Positions 1 to 8,929 of a stretch of 64,000 bases of DNA are shown here, piece by piece (the first letter of the stretch is position 1; every line of letters starts with the position of its first letter). The DNA is from a bacterium (GTDB lineage Bacteria; Sysuimicrobiota; Sysuimicrobiia; Sysuimicrobiales; Segetimicrobiaceae): contig DASYZR010000120.1 of the NCBI GenBank assembly GCA_035945995.1, positions 927 through 64,926 on the forward strand, written 5' to 3'. Under the pieces are notes generated by a model, which was not told the origin of the DNA, did no database searches, and saw only the letters and a program-made list of their open reading frames with translations. Both the position numbers and the translations under genes were made by a program.

Positions 1-599
1 ACCGCGCCGCGCCGCACGCGGTTCGCGAACCCGAGGGCCGCGCCGCCCAGCACCGCCGTCCCGCAGTCAGGCCCCATCATCAGGCGGTGTTCGCCGGCCG
101 CGGCGTGCTTGAGGCGCACTTCATCGGCAAGCGGCACGTTGTCGCTGAACAGCATGACGTGCAGTCCGGCGCCGAGCGCCTCACGAGCGACGCCGGCCGC
201 AAAGCGGCCGGGCACGGAGACGAGCGCGAGGTTCGCCCCGGCGAGATGGCGCGCGGCCGCAGTCACGGTCCGCGGCCGGTACTGTCCGTCCGCGCCCGCC
301 GGGCGGCGGACGAGCAGTCCGTCCACGGCATCGAGCGCGGCCTGAACCTGCTCCGACCTGGCCCCGCCCACCATGACCACGAGATCGTTCGGACCGGCGG
401 CGGTTCCAGCGGCCGGGGCGGTCACGGCAAGACTCATCGGGTCGAGGCCGGCGTCGCGGAGCATTTCCAGGTTCGCGGGGGTCGCCATGACCACACCCGC
501 CTCCTGAACTCCGGGAAATTCGCGCAGCGCCTGTTGCACCTGCATCAGTGCCGCGGAGTCGAAGTAGGCGCTCCGCCGGATGGTGCCGCGAACGATCAT
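1..599 (-). CDS. fdrA: FdrA-family protein (succinyl-CoA-synthetase-alpha-like), N-terminal ~199 aa; 3' end runs off the window
   Basis: Hand translation of the minus strand from ATG 599..597 gives MIVRGTIRRSAYFDSAALMQVQQALREFPGVQEAGVVMATPANLEMLRDAGL...NLALVSVPGRFAA...VMLFSDNVPLADEVRLK...LMMGPDCGTAVLGG. This is collinear with the E. coli FdrA N-terminus as I recall it. It is absent from the ORF track because there is no in-window stop. Confidence 0.8.
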   Translation of the reverse strand, partial: MIVRGTIRRSAYFDSAALMQVQQALREFPGVQEAGVVMATPANLEMLRDAGLDPMSLAVTAPAAGTAAGPNDLVVMVGGARSEQVQAALDAVDGLLVRRPAGADGQYRPRTVTAAARHLAGANLALVSVPGRFAAGVAREALGAGLHVMLFSDNVPLADEVRLKHAAAGEHRLMMGPDCGTAVLGGAALGFANRVRRGA

Positions 600-709
600 C
601 GGAAAATCGGGCGAACCGGAAGCATGCGCATCGCTCGGGTGTGTTTCGACACGGGTGACACGCAGCCTCCGCCCCTGCTCCCACCCTGTTCGAAACCGGT
701 TGACCAGGG

Positions 710-1193
710 TCAGCGCGTCGTGGCGCGCCGGAGATCGACGCGCCCAAGGCCGGCCGTGGACGCCGGGACGCGGCCGGCGATGGCGATCCCGGAGACGACG
801 AGCAGCGTCCCGCCAATGAGCCGCGGGCTCAGCGGCTCGCCGAGAAGCCCGACGCCGAGCAACAGGCCGAAGAACCCAGGAGGCCAAGCCAGGCAAGGGC
901 CCGCCACGTCACCGGAAGATGTTGGCAGCCGCCGGCGGTGCGACCGCGGGAACAGCGAGCTCCAGCATCGCGTCGGCCATGCATACGGCGAGGGTCGCCT
1001 GCAAGATCAGCGGCCGTCCGCGCAGGTGCCTCCGGGCAAACGTCGCGGCAGGCGCATAACTGACGGAGGCGGCGAGAACCGCCGCCTGTCCCCAGAGGCT
1101 GTTCCACGGTGTCGCCGCCCCCAGGCTGCCGCTCACGAGGACGACGACGCCCGTGAAGCCGGGCGCGACGCCGCCGGCGCGCCACGGCGTCAT
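710..1193 (-). pseudogene. EamA/DMT-family transporter remnant (C-terminal half only, broken across three frames)
   Basis: ORF 909..1193 reads ...VVVLVSGSLGAATPWNSLWGQAAVLAASVSYAPAATFARRHL.... ORF 710..907, in another frame, reads ...FFGLLLGVGLLGEPLSPRLIGGTLLVVSGIAIAG. A third frame supplies WRALAWLGLLGS. These are typical EamA TM segments. About 30 aa are missing between the pieces and there is no N-terminal half upstream. Confidence 0.6.
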
Positions 1194-1408
1194 CTTCTCG
1201 TCACGAAGCCAGAAGTGCGCGATGACAAGGGTGAACCACCCGTTTTCTATCCGGTATCATCCGTCAAACCGGGAATGGGCGTGCGACCGTCTCCATGCGC
1301 TCTCCACATCGCCTCCATCGCTGCTCCATACCGCGGCCTCACACTCAACCAGAACCCCGGAACCGAGAGCCGCGATCTTGCGACGGCCAAGGAAGGAGCG
1401 TGCCGCTT

Positions 1409-1776
1409 GTGAAACTCAACCACGTCGATTTGCAGGTATCGGACGTCGACGCCGCGCGCGAGTTCTTCGAGCGATTTTTCGGCCTGCGGTGCACGTACCA
1501 GCGGCGCGGAGAGATCGCCATGCTGGAAGACGAAGCCGGATTTTCGCTCGGGGTAAGCAACCTGCGCCACTCGCCTCCGCCGGTGTACCCGCCGGATTTC
1601 CACGTGGGCTTCGTGCTGGAGCGCACGAGCGAGGTGCGCGAGGTGTACGATCGCCTGCGGAGGGCGGCGTCGCCATCGCGCGTGACCTGCAGCAGGGCGG
1701 GCCCAACGTGTACTTCATGTGCGTCGGACCCGATTCCATCCCGGTGGAAGTCCGGTCGCCACGGGACACCCCGTGA
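1409..1776 (+). pseudogene. VOC/glyoxalase-bleomycin-resistance family gene with a 1-nt frameshift near 1658..1668
   Basis: GGAAGGAG RBS at 1391..1398, then GTG 1409: VKLNHVDLQVSDVDAAREFFERFFGLRCTY...DFHVGFVLERTSEVREVYDRLRR in the 1295 frame. The natural C-terminus GGVAIARDLQQGGPNVYFMCVGPDSIPVEVRSPR* continues in the 1153 frame (stop 1774..1776). Confidence 0.7.
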
Positions 1777-1795
1777 GCAACGGCGGAGGTGGTTG

Positions 1796-2257
1796 ATGAG
1801 CGCCTATGTGCTCTTGCAATGGATTCACGTGCTGATGGCGATCACCGCGTTGGGGGCCAACATTACCTACGGTGTCTGGCTCACGAGGGCGGCCCGGGAA
1901 CCGCAGCACCTCGCCTTCGCGCTCCGCGGCGTCAAGATGCTGGACGATCGGATCGCCAATCCGGCCTACGGCCTCCTGCTGATCACGGGCATGGCCATGG
2001 CGGGCATGGGGAGGATCCCGCTGACGACGCCCTGGCTCCTCACGGGCCTCATCCTCTACGTCCTGCTCGTAGTGATCGCGATCGTCGGGTACACACCGAC
2101 GCTGCGGCGCCAAATCCAGGCGCTCGACGCGGGCGGTCCCAATTCACCCGCGTACCAAGCGCTCGCGGCGCGCGGCACGCGCCTCGGGATCTCACTCGCC
2201 ATCATCGCCGTGATCATCGTGTACATGATGGTGGCCAAACCGGCGTTGTGGGGATAG
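1796..2257 (+). CDS. DUF2269-family integral membrane protein
   Basis: ATG 1796 is preceded by GGAGGTGG. MSAYVLLQWIHVLMAITALGANITYGVWL...; 4 TM segments. It is in frame with but distinct from the VOC remnant inside track ORF 1295..2257. Confidence 0.8.
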   Translation: MSAYVLLQWIHVLMAITALGANITYGVWLTRAAREPQHLAFALRGVKMLDDRIANPAYGLLLITGMAMAGMGRIPLTTPWLLTGLILYVLLVVIAIVGYTPTLRRQIQALDAGGPNSPAYQALAARGTRLGISLAIIAVIIVYMMVAKPALWG

Positions 2258-2309
2258 GCCTCAATAGCGAGGAGCCCGGTGTGACCCGGACGCCGGTCCG
2301 CGGCAGGGC

Positions 2310-2546
2310 CTACCGGACCTGGATGCCGAGCAGCGTCACCCAATACTGGCACGACTGCAGGGCGAACCCGACGAGCAGAAGCGCAGTCCCCAGCACGCCG
2401 AGCCGCTGCGACGGCAGCGTGTCGGCCCACCACTCGACGTACGGGCTGACCGTCGCGACCACGGCGCCGACCGCGGCGACGACGAGCCCGATCTCGAACC
2501 CGAACTCGACGCCGCGGGCGCCTTCGTGGGTCAGGCGCCCGGCCAC
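2310..2546 (-). CDS. small 2-TM membrane protein, unknown function
   Basis: 78-aa ORF with two clear hydrophobic helices (IGLVVAAVGAVVATV, LGVLGTALLLVGFAL). It fills the gap between flanking genes. No family recognised. Confidence 0.4.
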   Translation of the reverse strand: MAGRLTHEGARGVEFGFEIGLVVAAVGAVVATVSPYVEWWADTLPSQRLGVLGTALLLVGFALQSCQYWVTLLGIQVR

Positions 2547-2683
2547 GGTCCCGGCGAGACCGATGACCGCTCCCCGAGATCCAGGACGACTCCACTCAGG
2601 CTGATCGCCGCGAGGACGTGGCTGCCGATCATCGCACCGGGAGTCCCGCGCGTGCCGGAGCAGACGTGCGGCGCTCGGCGACG

Positions 2684-3331
2684 TTACGGCTTTCGCAGGA
2701 ACTTAAACGCGTTGTTCCAGTTGTGGGAGGCTGACCCCGCGAGCACCCACACCATGCACATGGCTTCGAGGTAGTGGGCGGCGGCGATGCCGCCCACGTC
2801 GACCGTCTCCCAGCCAAAATCGCGGCAGATATCCGCCACACGCGCCTTGGCGCGCGCGTCGTCGCCGCAGATGAACATGCTCGGCGGTCCCCCCGGCAGC
2901 TCGGGCCGAAACATCAGCTGGTTCCCGACGGTGTTGAAGACCTTGACGACCTGCGCGTCCGGCAGGAGCCGCTGGTGCCGCTCGCCCCCGGAGTCCCCCA
3001 CCCCGCCGGCGAGCCCCGGGGGCGCCCCCTTCGAAAAGTCCAACGGGTTGGTGACGTCCATCACGAGCTTGCCGCGGAAGTGCTCGGGACCGGCGATGCG
3101 GATCGCGTTCTCTGTTGCCGCGCCGAGCGTCGCGAGCAGGACCATCTCGCCGAACTGCGCGGCCGCGGTGAAGGAGCCGGCGGATGCGCGCGCGCCGGCC
3201 GCCTTCGCCCACGCCGCCGCCTTGGGATTCTCCGGCTCGCGGGAGCCGAGCATCACCTCATCGCCGAGCGCGAGAAATCCCCGCCCGAGTGCCTGGCCGA
3301 CCTGGCCGCTCCCTAAGATGCCGACCTTCAT
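2684..3331 (-). CDS. NADPH-dependent F420 reductase-like (NADP oxidoreductase, coenzyme F420-dependent family)
   Basis: MKVGILGSGQVGQALGRGF Rossmann N-terminus; ...VKVFNTVG...MFICGDDARAK...DVGGIAAAHYLEAM. I prefer the internal ATG 3331 (GGGGGGTGG upstream) over the GTG at 3349. Confidence 0.8.
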   Translation of the reverse strand: MKVGILGSGQVGQALGRGFLALGDEVMLGSREPENPKAAAWAKAAGARASAGSFTAAAQFGEMVLLATLGAATENAIRIAGPEHFRGKLVMDVTNPLDFSKGAPPGLAGGVGDSGGERHQRLLPDAQVVKVFNTVGNQLMFRPELPGGPPSMFICGDDARAKARVADICRDFGWETVDVGGIAAAHYLEAMCMVWVLAGSASHNWNNAFKFLRKP

Positions 3332-3377
3332 GGCCACCCCCCTGGTCACGCGGTGTGCCGTCGGGAGTCCCGCGCCA

Positions 3378-4277
3378 TCACGCGGCCGCGGGCCGGTCTC
3401 CGATCGTCACCTGCACGTCCTGAATCTGTCCGGCACGCACGAGCCGGACCGACTCCGTCGCGCCGATCCGGTCTTCCGTAAGGAGCCCCATCAATTCATC
3501 CGCCCGGTCCACGGACCGGCCGCCGATGGCGAGCACCAGATCGCCGACCAGCAGTCCGGCGCGCTCCGCGGGGCTGCCCGGCTCGACGCCGTGCACGAGG
3601 AGCCCGGCGCGCTGATTGACGGTTTGCGCCAGTGCCGAGGGCACGGGCACTGTTTGCGCGGCGACGCCCAGGTATCCTCGTCTAACACGCCCGTGGGTCA
3701 GCAGGGCGTCCATCACGCGGCGCACCGTGGGCGTTGGAATGGTGAGTACGAGCCCCCGCCTGAGTCCCGCGGTATTCACCCCGATCACCCGGCCGTCGGC
3801 GTCGAGCAGCGGACCGCCGGAGACGCCGCGGACGGGCTCGATGTCGGGCTCCAGATAGCGATCGACTCGGGTCCCACCCGGAATTTGCCAGTCCTGCCCG
3901 GCCGCGCTCAAGATGCCCAACCTCGCCCGGACCGTCCGCCCGGGGCGGCCGAGGGCCAGGACCAACTGACCGACCTTCAGGGCTTCCGGGTCCCGCCACG
4001 TGAGAACCGGCAGCGCGCTGGCCTGAACTCTGAGGACGGCGAGATCGGTACTCGGATCCCGGCCGACAACCGTGGCCGCGAGTTCGCGTCCGTCGCCCAA
4101 GACGATCGTGATATCCTCGTCGCGGCGTAGCATGTGCTCCGTGGTCAGCACAATTCCATCCGCCGACCAGACAATTCCGGTAGACGGGCGGCGCCCGCCC
4201 GAGACGCGGACGACCGACGGAGCGGCCGCCTCCACCGCGCCCGCCAGGGCGTCGGAAAACGTCGTGAGTGCACTCAT
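3378..4277 (-). CDS. trypsin-like S1C (HtrA/DegP-like) serine protease with C-terminal PDZ domain, no signal peptide
   Basis: Triad context TTEHML / DLAVLRV / GVSGGPLLD. PDZ-like segment GLLVHGVEPGSPAERAGLLVGDLVLAIGG. GAGGTG RBS upstream. Confidence 0.85.
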   Translation of the reverse strand: MSALTTFSDALAGAVEAAAPSVVRVSGGRRPSTGIVWSADGIVLTTEHMLRRDEDITIVLGDGRELAATVVGRDPSTDLAVLRVQASALPVLTWRDPEALKVGQLVLALGRPGRTVRARLGILSAAGQDWQIPGGTRVDRYLEPDIEPVRGVSGGPLLDADGRVIGVNTAGLRRGLVLTIPTPTVRRVMDALLTHGRVRRGYLGVAAQTVPVPSALAQTVNQRAGLLVHGVEPGSPAERAGLLVGDLVLAIGGRSVDRADELMGLLTEDRIGATESVRLVRAGQIQDVQVTIGDRPAAA

Positions 4278-4372
4278 GACCGTGTCACCTCGTTTGCGTG
4301 TGATGTGTCTACAACCTGAGGGTAGCGTGGCACGACAGGCCCGACATCCATCGTTCGATCAGGTCCCGGGGG

Positions 4373-5005
4373 TCAAATCGTGATAAGACCCAGGCGGGCG
4401 GCACGGACAACCGCTTCCGTCCGGCTCTGGGTGCTCAGCTTGCCGAGGATAGTATGGACGTGGAACTTCGCGGTGTGCTCCGTAATGCCGAGGCGCTCGG
4501 CAATCGCTTTGTTCGCGAGTCCCTCGGCCATCAACCGCAAGACCTCGCGCTCGCGGCGGGTGAGCGTCTCCACGGGGAAGTCCGCCTCGGGGTCTCGGGC
4601 CGCGTCCCCAAACCCGGCGACCGAAGGGTCGAGCGCGAGGAGCCCTCCCGCCACCGTCCCGGCGGCGAGGATCACCCGCTCGGCGTCGGCCGCGCGCGGC
4701 AGCAGCCCCGCGGCGCCCAGCGCGAGCGCCCGGAACCCGTCGCGCTCGTCCTGAACCACGGCTACGATCGGCACCCGCAGCTCCTGCGCTTCGGAGAGGC
4801 GCAGGAGCGACGTTTCGGGATCGTCGCCCAGATCCCAAATGATCGCGTCGGGGTCCGCGGCCGCCGCGGCCGCGGCGAGATCGTCGTCGGTGCCAAACGG
4901 TCCGACGACCGTGCATGCGGGATGCGCGGCCAGGCGCGCGCTCATCTCGGATCGCGCGCCGGGATCGTCGATGACCAGCATCAGCGTGAGGGAAGCAGCG
5001 ACCAT
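4373..5005 (-). CDS. LuxR/NarL-type DNA-binding regulator with an atypical receiver domain
   Basis: C-terminal HTH LTRREREVLRLMAEGLANKAIAERLGITEHTAKFHVHTILGKL. N-terminal receiver-like fold: LVIDD, IIWDLG. Confidence 0.85.
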   Translation of the reverse strand: MVAASLTLMLVIDDPGARSEMSARLAAHPACTVVGPFGTDDDLAAAAAAADPDAIIWDLGDDPETSLLRLSEAQELRVPIVAVVQDERDGFRALALGAAGLLPRAADAERVILAAGTVAGGLLALDPSVAGFGDAARDPEADFPVETLTRREREVLRLMAEGLANKAIAERLGITEHTAKFHVHTILGKLSTQSRTEAVVRAARLGLITI

Positions 5006-5175
5006 ACAGCGACCTCGTCGCTGCGCCGAACGCCGCCGAGAGCAGCGTGATTCCCCGGCTCCTCAATGAAGGTCCGCGACAGGCGCTGCGCCACGCCGCC
5101 TACGAGCAGGGGTTGTTCGGGTCTTTGTGCCGGCGCAACGCAGATGCCGGGAACAACGGCGACGTCGCGGCGGAC

Positions 5176-6210
5176 TCAGTGGAGATGCGCCACCGGATGC
5201 CATATCTCGGCGAAGACGCCAAGGCCGACCAGCACCACCAAGACCGCCGTGCCCGCCGCCAGCGCGCGCCGCCGGCCTCTCCATCCCGGTCTGCGCTCAC
5301 GATCCAGGATCGGGACGGCGAGCAGCCAAAGGAAGAACACCAACGCGCCCCACAGGCCCTGCAGCCCAAACAGATTCTCCAGCCCGTACAAGGGCAGGAG
5401 GAGCCATGGTGGCTTTGTCACCTCGATGCCCGCGACGGGAGCGGCGCCTTCGCCGGGCGGCATGATGACCCCCAGCGCGAGCGCGAGGCCGAGCATGATG
5501 CCGCCGTACCCGGCCGCCTTCTTGAGGTGGTGGGCAAACGTGTACCGGGGCTCCGCCGCCGCGGGCCGGGTCAGGTGCGGCGAGATCCCGTGCTGTCGGA
5601 CCAGGTAGACGTGAGCCGTGAGCAAGATGAAGAGCACAAGCGGGAGCAGGCTCACGTGCGCCATGTACAATCGGGTCAGGAGCGGGACGTGACTCGAAAA
5701 TGTAGGCGAAAACCAACCGCCGAATATGCCCAGCAACGCGGTGAACGCGACGTTGTGCTCGAGCGCTTCGGCCGCCTCCTGGTCCCATCGCAGCACGGTC
5801 CCGGTGTAGAACAAAGCCAGCATCGTCGCGAGCAGCGCGACGCCCACAACCCAGTTGGCCTCGCGCGGGAACCGGTAGGCGCCGGTTGCGTAGACGCGCA
5901 TCAGATGCAGGAGCAGCACCACCATGGTCAGATGCGAGGCCCAGATGTGGATGCCGCGGATCGCCTCGCCGCCGGGGACTTGGGCGATAATGATCCGGAT
6001 GCTCTGGTTCGCGGCGCCGGGATCCGGAGCGTAGAACTGGCCGAGAAGGATACCGCTGGCAACCAGGATCACCAAGCCCGCGAGCGTGACCGCGCCCAGG
6101 ACGTACGGGAACGTGTTGGCGTAGGCAGGGACTTCGTAGAGGAAGTTGTGGAGCACCAGCCGCGCATCCAGCGCGACCCACAACCGCCTTACACGTGAAG
6201 GAGAACTCAT
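5176..6210 (-). CDS. cytochrome b (b6 plus subunit-IV type, single polypeptide)
   Basis: His pairs GIHIWASHLTMVVLLLH and AHVSLLPLVLFILLTAH have b6-type spacing. YRFPRE motif present. ATG 6210 overlaps the upstream stop (ATGA). The track ORF N-terminus (6211..6270) is rejected. Confidence 0.9.
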   Translation of the reverse strand: MSSPSRVRRLWVALDARLVLHNFLYEVPAYANTFPYVLGAVTLAGLVILVASGILLGQFYAPDPGAANQSIRIIIAQVPGGEAIRGIHIWASHLTMVVLLLHLMRVYATGAYRFPREANWVVGVALLATMLALFYTGTVLRWDQEAAEALEHNVAFTALLGIFGGWFSPTFSSHVPLLTRLYMAHVSLLPLVLFILLTAHVYLVRQHGISPHLTRPAAAEPRYTFAHHLKKAAGYGGIMLGLALALGVIMPPGEGAAPVAGIEVTKPPWLLLPLYGLENLFGLQGLWGALVFFLWLLAVPILDRERRPGWRGRRRALAAGTAVLVVLVGLGVFAEIWHPVAHLH

Positions 6211-6677
6211 CCGCGCACGACGAGTACCCCGGCCAGGGCCAGCAGCGCGGCGGCAGCCAGCAGGGCGCACGCGCTCGGCGTGGCGGCGAAGCGCGGCCGG
6301 ACGGGGATGAGGAGCGTCATGTCGATTCTCGCGGAGCCGGCTTGCGCGGGGCGCAGAGCGTCCATGAGGTCGGCCGCCGCGCCCGTGGGGTTCTCCTCGC
6401 CGAGCGCGTGGGCCGCGTTCTCCACACGGCTCATGTCCACTCCGCGCCGATCGGGTGCGAGCAGCGCCAGAATGACCTGTCGCGTGGCCGCGTCAAGGTC
6501 GGGCGGGGTGACCTCCAGGGCGGCCAACGCCCGGCGGACCAGGGTGAGCGCATCCTGAGGATTGGCTCCGGCCTCACCGGACCCAGATCCCGAAAGGGCC
6601 GCCAGGCCGAGAATGAGGGCGGCCGCGGCCGCCCCAGCGGCGGCCACTACCGTGGGGCGGCCCGGCGCCGCGTGCAT
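6207..6677 (-). CDS. hypothetical membrane-anchored protein (N- and C-terminal TM helices)
   Basis: 156-aa ORF translationally coupled (ATGA) to cytochrome b. TM helices at both ends, Ala/Leu-rich helical middle. No family recognised. Confidence 0.6.
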   Translation of the reverse strand: MHAAPGRPTVVAAAGAAAAALILGLAALSGSGSGEAGANPQDALTLVRRALAALEVTPPDLDAATRQVILALLAPDRRGVDMSRVENAAHALGEENPTGAAADLMDALRPAQAGSARIDMTLLIPVRPRFAATPSACALLAAAALLALAGVLVVRG

Positions 6678-6686
6678 GAAAAGGGA

Positions 6687-7421
6687 CTAGAGGACCACTA
6701 CGAACCCCTGCATCGCGATCGGAAAGTGAGGGGCGCCCTTCTTGGCCGCCGCCAGTCCGAATTTCGGGTTATACGTCGCGCTGCCCTCGTCGTAGAAAAA
6801 GTAGATTCCGGGGGTGGCAAACGTCACCGAGTGGCTCTTCCCGGCCGCGAGATCGAATTTGGGCCGGCCGGCCTGGACGAGTACCGGCGTGTGGGTGCGC
6901 GTGTCATCGTTGACCCAAGTCACCTTCCCTCCGGCGCGCACCACGGCGACGTCCGGGCCGTAGGCGCCTCCGGAGATCGTGACGGTTGCGGCGGGTGCGC
7001 CCGTGAAGCCGGGACCTTTGACCACAATCAGTCCTTCCATGGCCAAGGGGAACGCATCGGATTCTTTCCTGGCGGCGACCCGCCGGCTCGCGGTGTTGAA
7101 TGTCGCGTGATCCAGGCAGTAGTACGGGTACACCCCGGGCTTGGTGAATTTGAATGACACCGGCTTCCCGGGCGCATGGACGAGCGTGAACGCCTGGGGC
7201 GTCCCGGGGACGGTCGTGGTGACGTGCGGGTCGGAATCTTTGTTGATCCATGTGACGGTCTGCCCCGCCTCGATCATGACGGCCGCGGGGGCATAGTTAT
7301 CTCCCGGGATTGTGACCAGAACCCCGGCGGCGGCCTGGACCGCCCCGCGGTGGATGAGTGGACTGAGCATCGCCGCGCCCGCAAACAACAGAACCGCGAT
7401 CGTCGTGTACACTCGCCGCAT
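6687..7421 (-). CDS. secreted tandem cupredoxin (plastocyanin/amicyanin-like) protein
   Basis: Signal peptide MRRVYTTIAVLLFAGAAM. Domain 1 has type-1 Cu ligands: DPH ... YYCLDH ... AMEG. Domain 2 is a paralogous repeat lacking the Cys and the second His (FFYDEGS ... AMQG). GGGAGG RBS. Confidence 0.85.
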   Translation of the reverse strand: MRRVYTTIAVLLFAGAAMLSPLIHRGAVQAAAGVLVTIPGDNYAPAAVMIEAGQTVTWINKDSDPHVTTTVPGTPQAFTLVHAPGKPVSFKFTKPGVYPYYCLDHATFNTASRRVAARKESDAFPLAMEGLIVVKGPGFTGAPAATVTISGGAYGPDVAVVRAGGKVTWVNDDTRTHTPVLVQAGRPKFDLAAGKSHSVTFATPGIYFFYDEGSATYNPKFGLAAAKKGAPHFPIAMQGFVVVL

Positions 7422-7451
7422 CCTCTGCGCCTCCCTGGTGTCTCGGACCGA

Positions 7452-8798
7452 CTACAGAACTGCGAACGACAACAGAGACGGGGCCCGTGGCACTACGGGC
7501 TCGTCGCCGCACGGCAGTATTACGTCAATGCGTGTTCCCGCTCCTGGAAGGGTGGACGCGCTCACCTGCCCGCCGATGGCGGCGGCTCGCTCCCGCATGG
7601 CGAACACCCCGATGGCCCGCCCCTCGCCGCCGTGCGGGCTCATCGCGGGTTCGAACCTTGCGCCGTTGTCGGTGACCATGGCGCGCACGGTCAAACCGGC
7701 GCGCGCGATGGTCACCCCGACCCGGGTGGCGCCGGCATGTTTGGCGATGTCCGTGAGGGACTCCTGGAGGATGCGAAAGAGCACCACTTCCACCTTCGGC
7801 GGCAGGCGCGTCGCGAGGCCGTCGGTTTCAATGTCGACCGATATCCCGGCCGGTCTCAGTACCCGGTGCGCGTGAGCGGAAATGGCGGCCAGGAGCCCGA
7901 GCTCGTCGAGAAGCGTGGGCCGCAGGTCGCTGACGATCGCACGGATCTGGTCCAAGGTCTTCTCAGCCACGCTCCGTATGTACGCGATCTGCCGGGTCGT
8001 CTCCGCGGGCGCCTCGGCGAGGAACGGTTCGGTGCCATCCAGCGACATGATGAAGGCGGACAGCATCTGTCCGATCTCCTCGTGGAGCGCCCGGCAGATC
8101 CACCGGCGTTCGTCCTCCTGCGTGGTGAACACCCGCGCCAGCAGCGTCCCGCGCACGGTGTTGAGCAACGTCAGTTCGCGAACCCGTTGATTGGCGCGCA
8201 ACACGATCCCGGTCCCAAAGAGCAGCGTGAACACGCCCGACGCCAGCGCTCCCGGCAGCGGGGCCACCGGCCGCAAGAGCGGGTAATCCAACGCATGCAG
8301 ACCGGTGAAGACGAGCCCCCAGAAGAGAAGGACCGTTCCCCACTGCCGCACGCCGCGCTCGGCCTGCCGGAGGAAGTACGCCGAGGCGAGGAACGCGGCC
8401 GCCGCGAAGACCGACGGGGGCCACACCGTGATCCACCAGGTCCCGGCACCCGCGCCGAGTGCCGACGCCGCAAGCACGAACACGGCGGCTCCGCCCGCAC
8501 CGGCCAGCAGTTGGCGCCGTGTCAGCCCCCGCCACGCCGCGGCCACGCTCGAGAGCATCACCAGCGAGGCCGCGACGAATGCCGTGTTCCGGGCGAAGAA
8601 GAGCCAGGGCTGCGCCGTGCGCATCGCCGCCGCTTCGGCCACGACGTGCAGCGTGAACAGGACATAGGCGCCCGTCCACCACAGCACAATCCGCTCGCGG
8701 CTCTCGAGGTAACGCAGGAACAACAACAGCGTCACCGCGGCGTGGGCGCCGATCCCCAGGGCCAGCCAGTCGAGCGTCTCGATCGATACCGTCGGCAT
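7452..8798 (-). CDS. sensor histidine kinase, polytopic membrane N-terminus plus HisKA_3 plus HATPase_c
   Basis: H-box QEDERRWICRALHEEIGQMLSAF. ATPase boxes ILQESLTDIAKHA, DNGARFEP, GVFAMRERAAAIGG. About 6 N-terminal TM helices. Confidence 0.9.
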   Translation of the reverse strand: MPTVSIETLDWLALGIGAHAAVTLLLFLRYLESRERIVLWWTGAYVLFTLHVVAEAAAMRTAQPWLFFARNTAFVAASLVMLSSVAAAWRGLTRRQLLAGAGGAAVFVLAASALGAGAGTWWITVWPPSVFAAAAFLASAYFLRQAERGVRQWGTVLLFWGLVFTGLHALDYPLLRPVAPLPGALASGVFTLLFGTGIVLRANQRVRELTLLNTVRGTLLARVFTTQEDERRWICRALHEEIGQMLSAFIMSLDGTEPFLAEAPAETTRQIAYIRSVAEKTLDQIRAIVSDLRPTLLDELGLLAAISAHAHRVLRPAGISVDIETDGLATRLPPKVEVVLFRILQESLTDIAKHAGATRVGVTIARAGLTVRAMVTDNGARFEPAMSPHGGEGRAIGVFAMRERAAAIGGQVSASTLPGAGTRIDVILPCGDEPVVPRAPSLLSFAVL

Positions 8799-8929
8799 CG
8801 TCAGGCCCTCAACGCGATGCGAAACGCAGGAGGGGCAGGCGCGCGACCGGCCGGGACCTCTCGTTCCGCCGGCCGATCAGCGGCATGCCCCGTCAACCCC
8901 TGAGCCATCGCCCTGTGTGCTGCATTACA

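Noticed and set aside
87-1412. 441-aa + strand ORF (and ORF 181..816 on the minus strand) covering the left edge
   Set aside because: The sequence is Arg/Gly/Pro-rich with no recognisable domain. It is antisense or out of frame to a clean FdrA-like reading frame (1..599, minus) and to the EamA remnant. This is the typical high-GC shadow ORF.
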